A DNA stretch of 64,000 nucleotides from Candidatus Oxydemutatoraceae bacterium (GTDB lineage: Bacteria; Pseudomonadota; Gammaproteobacteria; Poriferisulfidales; Oxydemutatoraceae), in NCBI GenBank assembly GCA_965218975.1, contig OZ244717.1, positions 1,856,001 through 1,920,000 of the forward strand, given 5' to 3'. The notes below the pieces were generated by a model. That model had not been told where the DNA came from. It saw only the letters and a list, made by a program, of their open reading frames with translations, and did no database searches. Below, piece by piece: positions 46,379 through 57,891 of the stretch. A program made the translations under genes and the position numbers. Position 1 is the stretch's first letter. Every line of letters starts with the position of its first letter.

Positions 46379-46550
46379 AGAGAGAAGCATACAAAGGACG
46401 GTTCATCGCAACTTCGGCACCGGCGATTGTGGAATCGTCAAACAGGCTGACGATCAACAATGCCGGAGGAACCTCCTCACTTTGAAGCGCGACAAACAGA
46501 ACTTGACGAAAAAACAAAACGCACGAAGAAACATTTTATTGAATTGCATA

Positions 46551-47633
46551 TTAGGTCAGGTTTCTCTCGCAAATCGCTTGACGCAAATAGTCAATTCCTT
46601 CCCCGGTACGCGCCGATAAGAATACGGTTTGCGGAACACCGTTCGCGTCGCGGATCAATGCGGGCTCATGCTGCGCCAAGTCGCTCTTATTCAATACTTC
46701 GAGCCATGGAATATGCGCGGCATCAAGCGTCACCAACACTTGCTCGACTTGCTTTCTTTGCGCAGCATAGTCCGGATGCGACACATCCACAACGTGGAGC
46801 AATAAACTTGCATCGCGCACTTCCAACAGCGTGGTATTGAATGCCTCAATCAAAGCCGGAGGTAAATCGCGCATAAATCCCACCGTATCGCTCAAAATAA
46901 AACGTTTTGTACCGTTAAACGTAACCCGGCGCATTAACGTATCCAAAGTGGCAAAAGGTATGTCGGCGACAAAAGTGTTCGCATGAGTCAGAAGATTAAA
47001 CAAAGTGGATTTGCCGGCATTGGTATATCCGACCAATGATACAACCGGTATTTCATTTTTTGCCCGGTGGCGACGACTGAGATCATGACAACGTCGAATC
47101 TTTGCCAAATTCTTATTGATGTGTTTAATTCGTCGGCGACACAGGCGACGATCGGTTTCTAACTGCTTTTCACCCGGGCCGCGCAAACCGATCCCGCCTT
47201 TTTGCCGTTCCAAATGGCTCCAACCACGCACTAAACGCGTTGAGAGATACGTTAACTGCGCCAACTCAACTTGCAGCTTCCCTTCATAAGAGCGTGCGCG
47301 ATGCGCAAAAATATCCAGAATCAACCCGCTGCGCCCCAACACCCGTGCTTTGCATAAACGTTCAAGATTACGTTCCTGAGCTGGTGAGAGGTTCTGATTG
47401 ACAATCAATAACCGTACGTTTTCACGTTCGATAGCTTGACGTATTTCCTCCGCTTTACCGCTGCCGATAAAATATTTGGGGTCCTGTTTTTTCCGGCTGC
47501 CCCGAATCACCGAACGGACTTTGGCGCCCGCCGCTCGCGCAAGACCGACAAACTCGGCGATTTCGTTTTCAGTGGAATGTCGCCCGATATCAAAACATAA
47601 TAAAAACGCATCATTCTGCCGAGATGCGAACAT
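46551..47633 (-). CDS. hflX: GTPase HflX, 360 aa, no C-terminal domain
   Basis: GPGEKQLETDRR, GYTNAGKSTLFN, FATLD, DTVGF, NKSD; start at ATG 47633. Confidence 0.95.
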   Translation of the reverse strand: MFASRQNDAFLLCFDIGRHSTENEIAEFVGLARAAGAKVRSVIRGSRKKQDPKYFIGSGKAEEIRQAIERENVRLLIVNQNLSPAQERNLERLCKARVLGRSGLILDIFAHRARSYEGKLQVELAQLTYLSTRLVRGWSHLERQKGGIGLRGPGEKQLETDRRLCRRRIKHINKNLAKIRRCHDLSRRHRAKNEIPVVSLVGYTNAGKSTLFNLLTHANTFVADIPFATLDTLMRRVTFNGTKRFILSDTVGFMRDLPPALIEAFNTTLLEVRDASLLLHVVDVSHPDYAAQRKQVEQVLVTLDAAHIPWLEVLNKSDLAQHEPALIRDANGVPQTVFLSARTGEGIDYLRQAICERNLT

Positions 47634-47634
47634 A

Positions 47635-48573
47635 TCAGGCATTTTGAAAACACCGAATGCCGGCAACGCCTTGCCCGCCCTGCCGACGGACATATTCCAC
47701 ATCACTTGGTTGCATTCCGCCCAAAGCAAACACCGGAATGTTTGCTTGATCAACAATCTCGGCAAAAGTATCGAATCCCAAAGAGGGCTGTTGCGGGTGA
47801 GACGAGGTGTCTTTCACTGGTCCTAACACACAGAAATCGGCGCCTTTTTCAGTCGCTTGCGTAATTTCGGCAAGATTATGGCAGGAAACGGCGAACCATC
47901 GATCTGACGCAACGGGACGTCGTAAAACGCGCTGAAATGCGGATTGGCTAAGATGCATGCCGGCAATTTTATCGCCGAATTTTTTCGCCAAGTCGCATTG
48001 ATCATGTAACATTAATTGCGCTCCAGACGCTTCCGTCATCGGCAAAATACGTTCAGCCACCGACGCGTAGTCCGTCAATTGCGGCGCGCGCAATACAATT
48101 AAGCGCGGTTTGTCGGATGAGAGGTTTAATGACTTATGTACGCTTTGCATAATCTGCGCGGAATTTTTCAGCGATGGTGTCATCGCATACAGATGCGGTA
48201 ACTTTAGCGCATTGATTATGGAACGATTTGCCGGAGGAAAATCATCCTCGCGTAATTTTTCCACCGGATACCAACGCAGAAATTGTTTCTGTCGCGCACA
48301 AACGGTTTGTACGGATGCCGTTACTTCATGCACGTCCAGCATGACTTTACGATCGGGATAATCATAGCGCAGGCAAATCACCGGCAAACCTAATAGCGCG
48401 CGGATACCTATTTCTTCGTACAGCTCACGTTGCAGGGCCTCTGCGAAAGACTCCCCCACACGCACTTTGCCGCCGGGAAATTCCCAACATCCGCCGGCAG
48501 GCCGGTGCGAACTGCGCCATGCCGTTAGAACGCGTTTGCGATGGCAAAGCACCCCTATCGCAATATGTATCAT
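47635..48573 (-). CDS. MutT-like Nudix hydrolase fused to a thiamine-phosphate-synthase-like domain
   Basis: WEFPGGK...ALQRELYEEIG Nudix box; C-terminal SCHN, GPV..T.SHP, PVFALGG. Confidence 0.9.
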   Translation of the reverse strand: MIHIAIGVLCHRKRVLTAWRSSHRPAGGCWEFPGGKVRVGESFAEALQRELYEEIGIRALLGLPVICLRYDYPDRKVMLDVHEVTASVQTVCARQKQFLRWYPVEKLREDDFPPANRSIINALKLPHLYAMTPSLKNSAQIMQSVHKSLNLSSDKPRLIVLRAPQLTDYASVAERILPMTEASGAQLMLHDQCDLAKKFGDKIAGMHLSQSAFQRVLRRPVASDRWFAVSCHNLAEITQATEKGADFCVLGPVKDTSSHPQQPSLGFDTFAEIVDQANIPVFALGGMQPSDVEYVRRQGGQGVAGIRCFQNA

Positions 48574-49787
48574 GAACGATAGTCGGCGTTAATTCGGACG
48601 TATTCGGCGGTTAAATCGGAGGTCAGAATCGTCGCCGAAGCATTACCCGCTCCCAATATCGCGCGAATTTTCACATCATTACCGGACAAAGCGCGAACAC
48701 CGTCTTCCTCACGGTATAGAGAATGTACCGCGCCATTCTCGACAACACATACATTGCCAAGATACAGACACATTTTATCCGGTATAACCATTGCAGCCGC
48801 ACGACCGATCGCGGCTAATACTCTCCCCCAATTCGGGTCGCCAGCCGCGATTGCAGTTTTGACCAACGGCGAAAGAGCGATCGTGCGGGCAACTTCTCGC
48901 GCATCATGTTCGTTTGCCGCCTGTTCGACACGCACCCGGATAAAATGTGCCGCACCTTCGGCGTCACGAATAATTGCTTCGGCCAGATGCTCAAATACCG
49001 CATGCAGCGCTTGTAGAAACACATTTTTACCTGCATCGCTTAAGTCATGAAATGCTGTTCTCGAAGCAGCGGAAGCGGTTAGCACCGCCGCATCATTCGT
49101 AGAAGTATCGCCATCGACAGTGATTGTATTGAATGATCCGGCACAAGCTTCGGCGAGTAAACGTTGTGTCGTCGCATGATCAAGTATCATATCGGTTGCG
49201 ACAAAAGCCAGCAAAGTTGCCATGTCCGGACAAATCATGCCGGCACCTTTGGCAATTCCGGTAATATTGATCGCATGATTGCCGCAATGCACTTGGCGGC
49301 TGCTCCACTTCGGTACGGTATCGGTCGTCATAATCGCATGGGCGGCGGATAACCATGCATCCGAATCAAGCGTCGCCAACAAAGATGGTAAAGCGTCGAT
49401 AATCTTTTGTAGCGGTAATCTTTCCCCGATCACACCGGTTGAAAAGGGCAGCACCGCTTCCGCAGACACTCCTGCCAATTGCGCCAATCTCCGACAATAC
49501 GCTTCGACAGATTCAATTCCTTCGCGCCCAAGGCCGGCATTCGCATAACCGCTATTGATAATCATGTACCGCGGTGAGACACTTGCCAGATGCTTAGCAG
49601 CAACCTCCACCGGCGCAGCGCAAAATTTATTGCGTGTGAAAACAGCAGCCGTTGCCGCTGACGGCGCCAATTCCATCAATACCAAATCTTCACGCCCGGA
49701 ATAACGCATATTGGCCGCAACCGCTGCCAAACGGATACCGGGAACCGACAAAGGTTTATCAAAAGCTTGCTCAATTGCTTGTATCAT
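48570..49787 (-). CDS. argJ: Bifunctional ornithine acetyltransferase
   Basis: [37 protein letters not shown]; start at ATG 49787. Confidence 0.95.
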   Translation of the reverse strand: MIQAIEQAFDKPLSVPGIRLAAVAANMRYSGREDLVLMELAPSAATAAVFTRNKFCAAPVEVAAKHLASVSPRYMIINSGYANAGLGREGIESVEAYCRRLAQLAGVSAEAVLPFSTGVIGERLPLQKIIDALPSLLATLDSDAWLSAAHAIMTTDTVPKWSSRQVHCGNHAINITGIAKGAGMICPDMATLLAFVATDMILDHATTQRLLAEACAGSFNTITVDGDTSTNDAAVLTASAASRTAFHDLSDAGKNVFLQALHAVFEHLAEAIIRDAEGAAHFIRVRVEQAANEHDAREVARTIALSPLVKTAIAAGDPNWGRVLAAIGRAAAMVIPDKMCLYLGNVCVVENGAVHSLYREEDGVRALSGNDVKIRAILGAGNASATILTSDLTAEYVRINADYRS

Positions 49788-52527
49788 GACGCAGGTCTTT
49801 GCCGTGACATTTCTTATACTTTTTACCGGAACCGCAAAAGCAAGGCTCATTGCGACCAACCTTAGGGTGCCGGCGCTTGATCGTATGCACTTTCTCAATC
49901 GGAGCCTCAGTTTGCGCTTGATCGGACATTGCCATACCGGAACCGATCCGGCGAACAGGCGTTTTTCTCCGCATTTGACCATCGCCGACACGCAGCGTGC
50001 CGAGATGCAATGCATCTTCGGCAGCCGAATGCCGATAGGTCACTTTCTCCATTGACGATACGTTTTTCTGTGCGGGAGGCTCTTCGGCTATGCGAATACG
50101 CAGTAAGTACGCGATGAAAAAATAACGGATGCGTTCAAGCAATGTCTCAAACATCTCAAAAGACTCGCGCTTATATTCCTGCCGCGGGTTTTTTTGCGCA
50201 AAACCGCGCAAACCGATTCCTTGGCGTAAATGATCCATCGCCAATAAATGTTCCTTCCAGTGGTAGTCAAGTGTCTGCAACATCAATATTTTCTCAATGA
50301 CGCGTATTTGACTTTCACCAAATTTTTTGCTTGCTTCGACGTGCATTCCCCATGCTTGACGAGTAATGCGCTCGGCAACACCATCCGCACTCAAAGAATC
50401 GTCATGCTCAATCCATTGACCGACCGAACAATCCATCGCAAAGTTATTTTTTAAATCCTGCTCTAATCCGGCGCTATCCCATTCCATTCCTTCAACCGGA
50501 ATATATCGCTTAACCATCGAACTGAAGACTTCCGGCAAAATGTGTTGCACATTATCATCGACTGATTCCGAATCAAGCAGTTCATCGCGCTGCCCATAAA
50601 TCACTTTTCGTTGCTCGTTCGCAACATCATCGTATTCAAGTAAGTTTTTGCGGATGTCGAAATTATGCGCTTCGACTTTTCGTTGGGCGTTTTCAATGGC
50701 GCGACTGACCCACGGATGCTCAATTGACTCGCCGTATTCAACACCTAATTTCTCCATCAGCCCGCGCACTTTGTCACCGGCAAAAATTCTCAGCAAATTA
50801 TCTTCCAAAGAAAGATAGAAGCGGCTTGAACCCGGATCGCCTTGCCGTCCGGAGCGACCGCGCAATTGATTGTCAATACGTCGCGATTCATGCCTTTCGG
50901 TGCCTATAATATGCAACCCGCCGGCAGAAACTACTTGCTGATGACGCTGCTTCTGAAGCTCAACTTGAGCAATGTCATCAATCTCCTTGAGTGCGCCGCC
51001 AAGCACAATATCAGTCCCGCGTCCTGCCATATTCGTTGCGATTGTGACCGTTCCGGGTTGCCCCGCATTAGCAATGATATGCGACTCGGCCTCATGCTGC
51101 TTGGCATTCAAAACTTGATGCGTAATCCTCTCCTTGTTTAACAGCGACGACAAAAATTCGGAAGTTTCAATGGAAGCAGTACCAACTAGTACCGGTTGTC
51201 CGCGCGCGACACAATCTTTAATATCCTCAATTATTGCCTCAAACTTTTCTGCGGCGGTCATATAAACCAAGTCGCCCATATCATTCCGAATCATCTTTCG
51301 ATGAGTCGGAATGATAATCACTTCCAAACCGTAAATTTCTTGAAATTCGTACGCTTCGGTATCGGCAGTTCCGGTCATCCCGGACAACCTTTCATACAGG
51401 CGAAAATAATTCTGGAAAGTGATGGATGCCAGTGTTTGGTTTTCACTTTTAATCGGAACATTCTCTTTTGCTTCGACAGCTTGGTGCAAACCTTCACCCC
51501 AGCGCCGTCCGGACATGACTCGTCCGGTAAATTCATCGACAATCAACACCTCGTTGTTTTTTACTAGATAATCGACATTCTTCTTAAATAAAGCTTGGGC
51601 ACGCAATGCCGCATTGACATGGTGCAGCAAGTCAATATTCGTCAGGTCATACAAGCTGCCGCTGCCCTTCAACAATCCTGCCTGCGCAAGAATATTTTCA
51701 ATTTTCTGGTGTCCCGCTTCGGTCAAAAATACTTGTTTGGATTTTTCATCAAGCGCATAATCGCCGTCATCGCCTTCACGAATTTCCGGCTTTAGTTGCT
51801 TTACGATTTGATTGATGCGAACGTACATCTCGGAGGCATCGTCGGAGGGACCGGAAATAATTAACGGAGTCCTCGCTTCGTCAATCAGAATCGAATCGAC
51901 TTCGTCAACAATAGCGAAATGTCTGCCACGTTGAACGCGATGCTCGGCAGTCAGCACCATGTTGTCACGTAAATAGTCGAAACCAAACTCATTATTGGTT
52001 CCGTACACAATATCCGCTCCATAAGCTTGCTTTCGCTCTTCTCCGGTTTGTCCGGAAACGATGACACCGACAGTGAGTCCGAGAAATTCGTAAATTTTCC
52101 CCATCCATTCGGCATCACGTTTTGCCAGATAGTCGTTGACGGTGACAATGTGTACCGAAAATCCGCCAAGAACGTTCAAATAAGCGGGAAGTGTCGCAAC
52201 CAGCGTCTTTCCTTCACCAGTACGCATCTCGGCAATTTTCCCGTCATTCAACACCATGCCGCCGATCAACTGCACATCAAAATGCCGCATGTTTAAGCGG
52301 CGATCAGCTGCTTCTTTTATGGTGGCAAACGCTTCGGGCAGCAATGCTTCCAAAACTTCGCCATCGCGCACTCGGTCGATAAATTCCTGAGTTTTAGCGC
52401 ACAAAGCGGCATCGTCCAAAGCGCGATAATCATCGGTAAGCGCATTAATACGAACGACAACGCTTTGATATTTTCTGATTTGCCGTTCATTGCGGCTTTT
52501 AAATAATGATTGCAGAAATTTAACCAT
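49771..52527 (-). CDS. secA: Protein translocase subunit SecA
   Basis: [27 protein letters not shown] motif [18 protein letters not shown]. Confidence 0.99.
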   Translation of the reverse strand: MVKFLQSLFKSRNERQIRKYQSVVVRINALTDDYRALDDAALCAKTQEFIDRVRDGEVLEALLPEAFATIKEAADRRLNMRHFDVQLIGGMVLNDGKIAEMRTGEGKTLVATLPAYLNVLGGFSVHIVTVNDYLAKRDAEWMGKIYEFLGLTVGVIVSGQTGEERKQAYGADIVYGTNNEFGFDYLRDNMVLTAEHRVQRGRHFAIVDEVDSILIDEARTPLIISGPSDDASEMYVRINQIVKQLKPEIREGDDGDYALDEKSKQVFLTEAGHQKIENILAQAGLLKGSGSLYDLTNIDLLHHVNAALRAQALFKKNVDYLVKNNEVLIVDEFTGRVMSGRRWGEGLHQAVEAKENVPIKSENQTLASITFQNYFRLYERLSGMTGTADTEAYEFQEIYGLEVIIIPTHRKMIRNDMGDLVYMTAAEKFEAIIEDIKDCVARGQPVLVGTASIETSEFLSSLLNKERITHQVLNAKQHEAESHIIANAGQPGTVTIATNMAGRGTDIVLGGALKEIDDIAQVELQKQRHQQVVSAGGLHIIGTERHESRRIDNQLRGRSGRQGDPGSSRFYLSLEDNLLRIFAGDKVRGLMEKLGVEYGESIEHPWVSRAIENAQRKVEAHNFDIRKNLLEYDDVANEQRKVIYGQRDELLDSESVDDNVQHILPEVFSSMVKRYIPVEGMEWDSAGLEQDLKNNFAMDCSVGQWIEHDDSLSADGVAERITRQAWGMHVEASKKFGESQIRVIEKILMLQTLDYHWKEHLLAMDHLRQGIGLRGFAQKNPRQEYKRESFEMFETLLERIRYFFIAYLLRIRIAEEPPAQKNVSSMEKVTYRHSAAEDALHLGTLRVGDGQMRRKTPVRRIGSGMAMSDQAQTEAPIEKVHTIKRRHPKVGRNEPCFCGSGKKYKKCHGKDLRHDTSN

Positions 52528-52597
52528 GCAGATAGCCTTCCGCACGCATTGTAACTGAAATCAAACAACAAGCAGGCGAAGCGATGATAATTCAATG

Positions 52598-53554
52598 TCA
52601 ACGCAAATATTTTGCGGGATCAATTTTGCGCCCATGCTTGATCACTTCAAAGTGTAGATGAGGTCCGGTCGAACGCCCGCTACCACCCATCAGGGCAATA
52701 ATATCCCTCTGTTTGACCACCTCCCCTTCGTTGACTAAATTAACTTGATTGTGTCCGTAGCGGGTGACGTAACCGTTGCCATGATCAATCTCAACTATAT
52801 TCCCATAGTTTCCATAATGGCCGGAACGTTTAACAACTCCGCTGCCAATCGAATAAATCTTGTTTTCATATTGCCCGGCGATATCAATTCCCGCGTGAAA
52901 CTCGCGCCGCCCCGAAAACGGACTGATACGATAACCGTACTTGGATGAAATCCAACCTTTACTTACCGGCCAGCCCTTTGGCAACATCTCGCGTTTGAGC
53001 GTATTACGATCAATCAAATCAAGCAAAATCGCCAGCTGCAATTCCGTCTCTTCCAGCCTTGAATTCAAGCGGTCAAACGATTGTGCCAGTTGCGGGGAGT
53101 TAATTCTTCCGGTATCCGATATTTTGCCGCCGACCCCCGGGTTATATTGAAAATCAAATTCTTCGGGACTCAAATCATGTACGGCAACCAACCGTTTGCC
53201 GATCACTTCCATGCGTATTAAGCGTGCTTCAAGATAGCCGCTTTTACTTGCCAGCAAACGAATCTCGGCCTGCCCCATCTTGCTGATACGGTGATAATGA
53301 TCGGCAATCTCATTACGCCATTTTGCTAGAGCACTACTTTGTGTAACCGACATACCGAGTAAGTAGCCAACCAACAACATGACTGCCATTATTGAAGCAA
53401 AACCCGCGCTAGCAAAAACTTTAACATTGAATGGCGCTCGTCGGAACCGATTCCGGTAACGGAGACTCTCGGCAATTAGCGGCGCTATTACCGGCATAGC
53501 CTTAACTGCCAATTTTTGCCCTAAACCCATTATGGGTGTTGTCATTTCAGTCAT
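52598..53554 (-). CDS. M23 family metallopeptidase
   Basis: FHAGID, TRYGH, STGPHLHFEV; typical position upstream of secA. Confidence 0.9.
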   Translation of the reverse strand: MTEMTTPIMGLGQKLAVKAMPVIAPLIAESLRYRNRFRRAPFNVKVFASAGFASIMAVMLLVGYLLGMSVTQSSALAKWRNEIADHYHRISKMGQAEIRLLASKSGYLEARLIRMEVIGKRLVAVHDLSPEEFDFQYNPGVGGKISDTGRINSPQLAQSFDRLNSRLEETELQLAILLDLIDRNTLKREMLPKGWPVSKGWISSKYGYRISPFSGRREFHAGIDIAGQYENKIYSIGSGVVKRSGHYGNYGNIVEIDHGNGYVTRYGHNQVNLVNEGEVVKQRDIIALMGGSGRSTGPHLHFEVIKHGRKIDPAKYLR

Positions 53555-53628
53555 CCCCTTTCATAATAGAGACACTTAAGCAACGGTACGCTTTTGCCGC
53601 CATTTAATAAAACAATCATGCCTGAACG

Positions 53629-53931
53629 ATGCCTTTCAAGAATGTTAACAGCCTAATTGATGATAAGCTTCGTATGCGCTCCGACCTCTTGTCACGTATG
53701 ACCAGCAGCGCTCGTCGCAGCTTGCCGCAGAATCTTGCGGCACACTGCTGGGTTGCCGATTTTCGTAATGGTACCGTATTTTTGGTGACCGACCAAGCAG
53801 GTCTGAGCAACCCCATTCATTATCAACAGATAGAAATCATCAAACGCTTGAACGAGGAATTTCGCGGCGAAATCGACATTTGCTTAAAAAAAGCCGAGAT
53901 TAGAACTTCGCGCTTCCCAATAGAAATATAA
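53629..53931 (+). CDS. DciA/DUF721 family protein
   Basis: LPQNLAAHC.VA; divergent from M23-secA and convergent with lpxC, the usual location. Confidence 0.75.
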   Translation: MPFKNVNSLIDDKLRMRSDLLSRMTSSARRSLPQNLAAHCWVADFRNGTVFLVTDQAGLSNPIHYQQIEIIKRLNEEFRGEIDICLKKAEIRTSRFPIEI

Positions 53932-53942
53932 TTGCAACCGCG

Positions 53943-54857
53943 CTATTCAATGACAGGAGTCAGGTTGATTATAGGAATATCCTCTTCGTTCTCAAAAGAG
54001 ATGACTTCCCATGCCGCGGAATCGCCGAGCAATTTTTTCAGCAGCAAATTATTTAAGTAGTGGCCGGATTTACTCGCGGAAAACGCACCGATGAGATTAT
54101 GCCCGAGTAAATACAAATCTCCGACTGCGTCCAGTACCTTATGCTTCACGAATTCGTCCCTGGACCTCAGATTATTATCCTCGTTCAAGATTCGGTGTTC
54201 GCCCACAACGATTGCGTTACTGTAATTGCCGCCTTTTACCAAATTTTTCTTACGCAAAGCATCATATTCGCTCATAAAGCCGAAAGTTCTTGATCGGCTG
54301 ACCTCTTTCACAAAAGAGACGGCTGAAAAATCTAACTCAACCTTGTTCGGACAAGCTCTGAATACCGGATGAAAGTTAAAGTCAATCTTAAAGCTGACCT
54401 TAAACCCATTAAAGGGGGCGAGCCGCGCCCATTTGTCGTCATTGAAAACGCTGACAGATTTTTTAATGCGAATAAATTTTTTTGCGGCATTCTGTTCTTC
54501 AATCCCCGCGGATTCAAGTAAGAAGATGAAAGGGCCGGCGCTGCCATCCATAATCGGGACTTCTTCAGAATCGACATCCACATAAAGGTTATCAATCCTG
54601 AGTCCGGCAATCGCAGACAAGAGATGCTCAACGGTGGATATCTTTAAATTTCCGCAACCTAAAGTAGTGGATAACACCGTATCAACAACATAATCCGATT
54701 TTGCCGGAATATCGACAGGCTCATCCACATCTACCCGACGAAATATAACACCGGTATCGGGAGCGGCAGGACGTAAAGTTAAATTAACCTTTTCCCCCAA
54801 ATGCAAACCTACACCTACTGCACCGATAGAATTTTTAATTGTCTTCTGCTTGTACAA
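53943..54857 (-). CDS. lpxC: UDP-3-O-acyl-N-acetylglucosamine deacetylase
   Basis: [32 protein letters not shown]. Confidence 0.97.
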   Translation of the reverse strand: MYKQKTIKNSIGAVGVGLHLGEKVNLTLRPAAPDTGVIFRRVDVDEPVDIPAKSDYVVDTVLSTTLGCGNLKISTVEHLLSAIAGLRIDNLYVDVDSEEVPIMDGSAGPFIFLLESAGIEEQNAAKKFIRIKKSVSVFNDDKWARLAPFNGFKVSFKIDFNFHPVFRACPNKVELDFSAVSFVKEVSRSRTFGFMSEYDALRKKNLVKGGNYSNAIVVGEHRILNEDNNLRSRDEFVKHKVLDAVGDLYLLGHNLIGAFSASKSGHYLNNLLLKKLLGDSAAWEVISFENEEDIPIINLTPVIE

Positions 54858-55414
54858 CGCTGGAATCTTTTATTTAAATGTCGGCTTTATTTATTCCTTT
54901 CAGACATCAACCGTCCTTGAGATAGCGGAAATATAACACAATAACACTCAGCAATGCGATAAAGATATACCGATAGACATTTCCGATACCCGATGCGGGC
55001 AAATAGAAGGAAAGAAGAAACGAGTTTCAACGAGTCGAGGCGGAGGATTCGGATGATGAGTGAATACTCCCTACCATATTCGTTCAAAAATTCTAAAATC
55101 AATGGCTTAGGGGAAATAGGGATAAATTGCTTAAAGTGCCGAAATATAAGTGAGAGGCTTATTTTGACTGAAGTCTAAAGGAAATGATGTCTGCGTTTAT
55201 ACTCGAGTTTACGGTAGGACTGAGGCGTGCAATTCGTTGTTGCAGTCTCATATTCCCCGACACAACAGCATTGCCCGGCAACTTCCCTATGTCCAGGATG
55301 AATTGGCATCGTACAACCCGGAGTGCCAAATGTTATGGACCTATACACAACATTGCGTATTCACACTGGAGAAAATATACTATCCAGCTATGTTTTATTT
55401 TAAGGAACTATACG

Positions 55415-55687
55415 ATGCCAAAATATATTATTGAAAGAACAATCCCGGACGCCGGTCAGCTATCCGCCGACGAACTACAAGGTATCTCAAAAAAATCCTG
55501 TAGTATTCTAAAGAATATGGGCCCTCAAATTCAGTGGATGGAAAGCTATGTTACCGATAACAAAGTCTATTGCGTATACATTGCACCTAATGCCGATATG
55601 ATCAGGCAACATGCTCAAGAAGGCGGTTTCCCTGCTGACCAAGTATCTGAAGTTAGGACTGTGATTGACCCAACCACCGCTGAGTGA
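55415..55687 (+). CDS. DUF4242 (SCO4226-like) small protein
   Basis: MPKYIIER.IP.AG, IQW.ESYV, YCVY.AP, HA..GGFPA; AAGGA SD before ATG 55415. Confidence 0.85.
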   Translation: MPKYIIERTIPDAGQLSADELQGISKKSCSILKNMGPQIQWMESYVTDNKVYCVYIAPNADMIRQHAQEGGFPADQVSEVRTVIDPTTAE

Positions 55688-55978
55688 CTAAAAAATACAG
55701 CCGTTGAAGGTAACGGTTACCGGAAATTCGGCGAGATCACGCATCACTTGAATCGTTCCGCAGCTTTCAAGCATTGCCGTAATCTCGTCGGCATCCATTG
55801 ATTCGACTGCTTCATCCATGATACGTAAATCGAACTTTCCTTCGGATGATCGGATTGAAAACTTTAACCCGCTGCCGTTATGATTGATCAAACGTTCGGT
55901 AGTTTCAATCTGCGCAGCGTAAAGATATTTCCGCAAATAGTTTGATACCGCTTCTTTAGTTACCCGATCGTCGCTCAT
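55688..55978 (-). CDS. Hypothetical protein, 96 aa, last gene of the mto cluster
   Basis: ATGA overlap with the upstream tlpA-like gene; protein-like composition. Confidence 0.65.
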   Translation of the reverse strand: MSDDRVTKEAVSNYLRKYLYAAQIETTERLINHNGSGLKFSIRSSEGKFDLRIMDEAVESMDADEITAMLESCGTIQVMRDLAEFPVTVTFNGCIF

Positions 55979-56517
55979 AATAATGGTCTCTCCGTTGCAT
56001 GAACGATTGCAATCAACCGCTCAATCATCGCCGCAGAGTTCCAATCCCGCGAACCTACCGCTCGATATAATCGTCGCCCGTCGGGACTTAATAAATAAGT
56101 CGTCGGGATCGCCGGTATTCCCCAATCCACCATCATTAACTCTAAATCCAATAATATAGTATAACTAAACTCGCTGAACTGTAGCATTTTATTCACTCTT
56201 TCAAGAGAATCACCGGCGTTGATCGCCAACACCGCAACATTAAATTTTCGTAATTGCCGATATGCATATTCCAACCCTGCCATATCCTGCCGACAATGTG
56301 AACAGTCCACCGACCAAAAATTAACCAACAAGTATTTACCGCGGTAATCTTTCAAATGATGTAAGTTACCTAGCCGGTCGGGCAAAGTAAAATCGGGAGC
56401 AACGTCGTTAGGAGGAATGCGATCAAAACGTAATACATCGTCGGCAATAACCGATGTGCTGATGCCCATTGTCCCGAGCAGCAGACATAACAATAAAGTT
56501 CTCAATAAGCTGTGCAT
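55975..56517 (-). CDS. TlpA/ResA-type thiol-disulfide oxidoreductase, exported
   Basis: Signal peptide, APDFTL, VNFWSVDCSHC, IPTTYL. Confidence 0.88.
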   Translation of the reverse strand: MHSLLRTLLLCLLLGTMGISTSVIADDVLRFDRIPPNDVAPDFTLPDRLGNLHHLKDYRGKYLLVNFWSVDCSHCRQDMAGLEYAYRQLRKFNVAVLAINAGDSLERVNKMLQFSEFSYTILLDLELMMVDWGIPAIPTTYLLSPDGRRLYRAVGSRDWNSAAMIERLIAIVHATERPLL

Positions 56518-56542
56518 GGATGAAAAATTATCATTCCTAAAA

Positions 56543-57856
56543 TCATCGGATCAATAAGCTATTATCATGTCCGTCCGCTTCGCCGATGGGTGCAGCAAAC
56601 GCATCGGCAATCAATACGGAAATATTATCGCCGGTTAACGTTCGCATAAAAGCAACCAGTGCCAAACGTTCCTCCATAGCCAAACCCAACGGACGTATCA
56701 ATGGGCTTAAATTCTTATTGGGAATCCCACCCTGATTGTAAAAATCCACCACTTCCTCTAAAGTGGAAAATTCGCCATTGTGCATATACGGAGCAGTCAA
56801 CGCGATATTTCTAAGCGTCGGAGTGTTGTATTTCCAACGGTCGGCAGGATCTTGGGTAATTTCATACAAACCGAGATCATTTTTCTTTATTTGTCGCGTC
56901 ACGCCATGAAGTGTGGCACGATCCAACTTTGCAAATACACCGGAAGCGATTTGCACGCGCGTCTCTTCCGCATCGCGCAACATTGAGTCATAATAGCCGA
57001 TGCCGGTATTATGTAACAGCCCGTCCGTGAATAAAGCTTCTTTGTCGCCGACTCGATGACAATTGACGCATTGCGCTTTGCCCATGAACAGCTCGAATCC
57101 AAGTCTTTCTTCGTCGTTTAATACGCTTGCATCACTGCCATAATACCACCGATCGAAACGTGATGCGGCAGAAATCAACGTCCTTTGGTATTGCGCCAAC
57201 GCTTGCCCGACATTCTCTATAGTCGGCCCGCGGTCGAATGCTTTTTTAAACCGATCTTTATATTCCGGAACTCGTTTAAGTTTATCCAAGACATAACCGA
57301 TCGATGGATTCGCCATCTCATTATGCGCCAATAACGGACTCCAAACCTGATTTTCAAGAGAACTTTCTCGACCATCAGCAAATAAATGCTTACGATAAGC
57401 GACATTTAACAGAGTCGGCGCATTGCGTCGCGCACTACGCCCTTCGACACCAATTGCGGTCTTGATTTCATTATTAGTGAAACCCATCTCCGCGATATGG
57501 CAGATGGCACATGACATGGTATTATTAAGAGACAAACGGCGGTCGTAAAATAACTGCCTGCCGAGCGCAATCTTCTCCTCGTTCATAGGGTTGTCCGCGG
57601 GTACCGGCAGCGCCGGCAGACCCAACGGTATATTTTGAACGATCGCATATAAATCTGCCGCTTGAGCGTGCCGCTTTTGTATGCTTTTCGATTGTGTACG
57701 GTATGCCTTAGTTGCATAGTCGCCACTATAGTCACGCGTAACGGGCGACGTATCCATGTTGTCACTTGGTCCGTCGGCAGTAACACTCCGCAGCATAGGG
57801 GAAAAAACGACTATCGCTAATAAAATAAAGTATAGAAGATGCGGAAAGGGGGGCAT
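56543..57856 (-). CDS. MauG-like diheme cytochrome c peroxidase
   Basis: CAICH and CVNCH heme motifs, RNAPTL, TPTLRNIALTAPYMHNG. Confidence 0.92.
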   Translation of the reverse strand: MPPFPHLLYFILLAIVVFSPMLRSVTADGPSDNMDTSPVTRDYSGDYATKAYRTQSKSIQKRHAQAADLYAIVQNIPLGLPALPVPADNPMNEEKIALGRQLFYDRRLSLNNTMSCAICHIAEMGFTNNEIKTAIGVEGRSARRNAPTLLNVAYRKHLFADGRESSLENQVWSPLLAHNEMANPSIGYVLDKLKRVPEYKDRFKKAFDRGPTIENVGQALAQYQRTLISAASRFDRWYYGSDASVLNDEERLGFELFMGKAQCVNCHRVGDKEALFTDGLLHNTGIGYYDSMLRDAEETRVQIASGVFAKLDRATLHGVTRQIKKNDLGLYEITQDPADRWKYNTPTLRNIALTAPYMHNGEFSTLEEVVDFYNQGGIPNKNLSPLIRPLGLAMEERLALVAFMRTLTGDNISVLIADAFAAPIGEADGHDNSLLIR

Positions 57857-57891
57857 ACTTTATTGCTTAAGCGCAGATCTCTCGCTTAGAG

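Noticed and set aside
46286-47004. hflX duplicate as a DGR template/variable repeat pair
   Set aside because: Mismatches are transitions at all four bases rather than adenine-specific, and no reverse transcriptase is in the window
55184-55414. Upstream 77 codons of the 167-aa ORF
   Set aside because: DUF4242 similarity and the SD both point to ATG 55415
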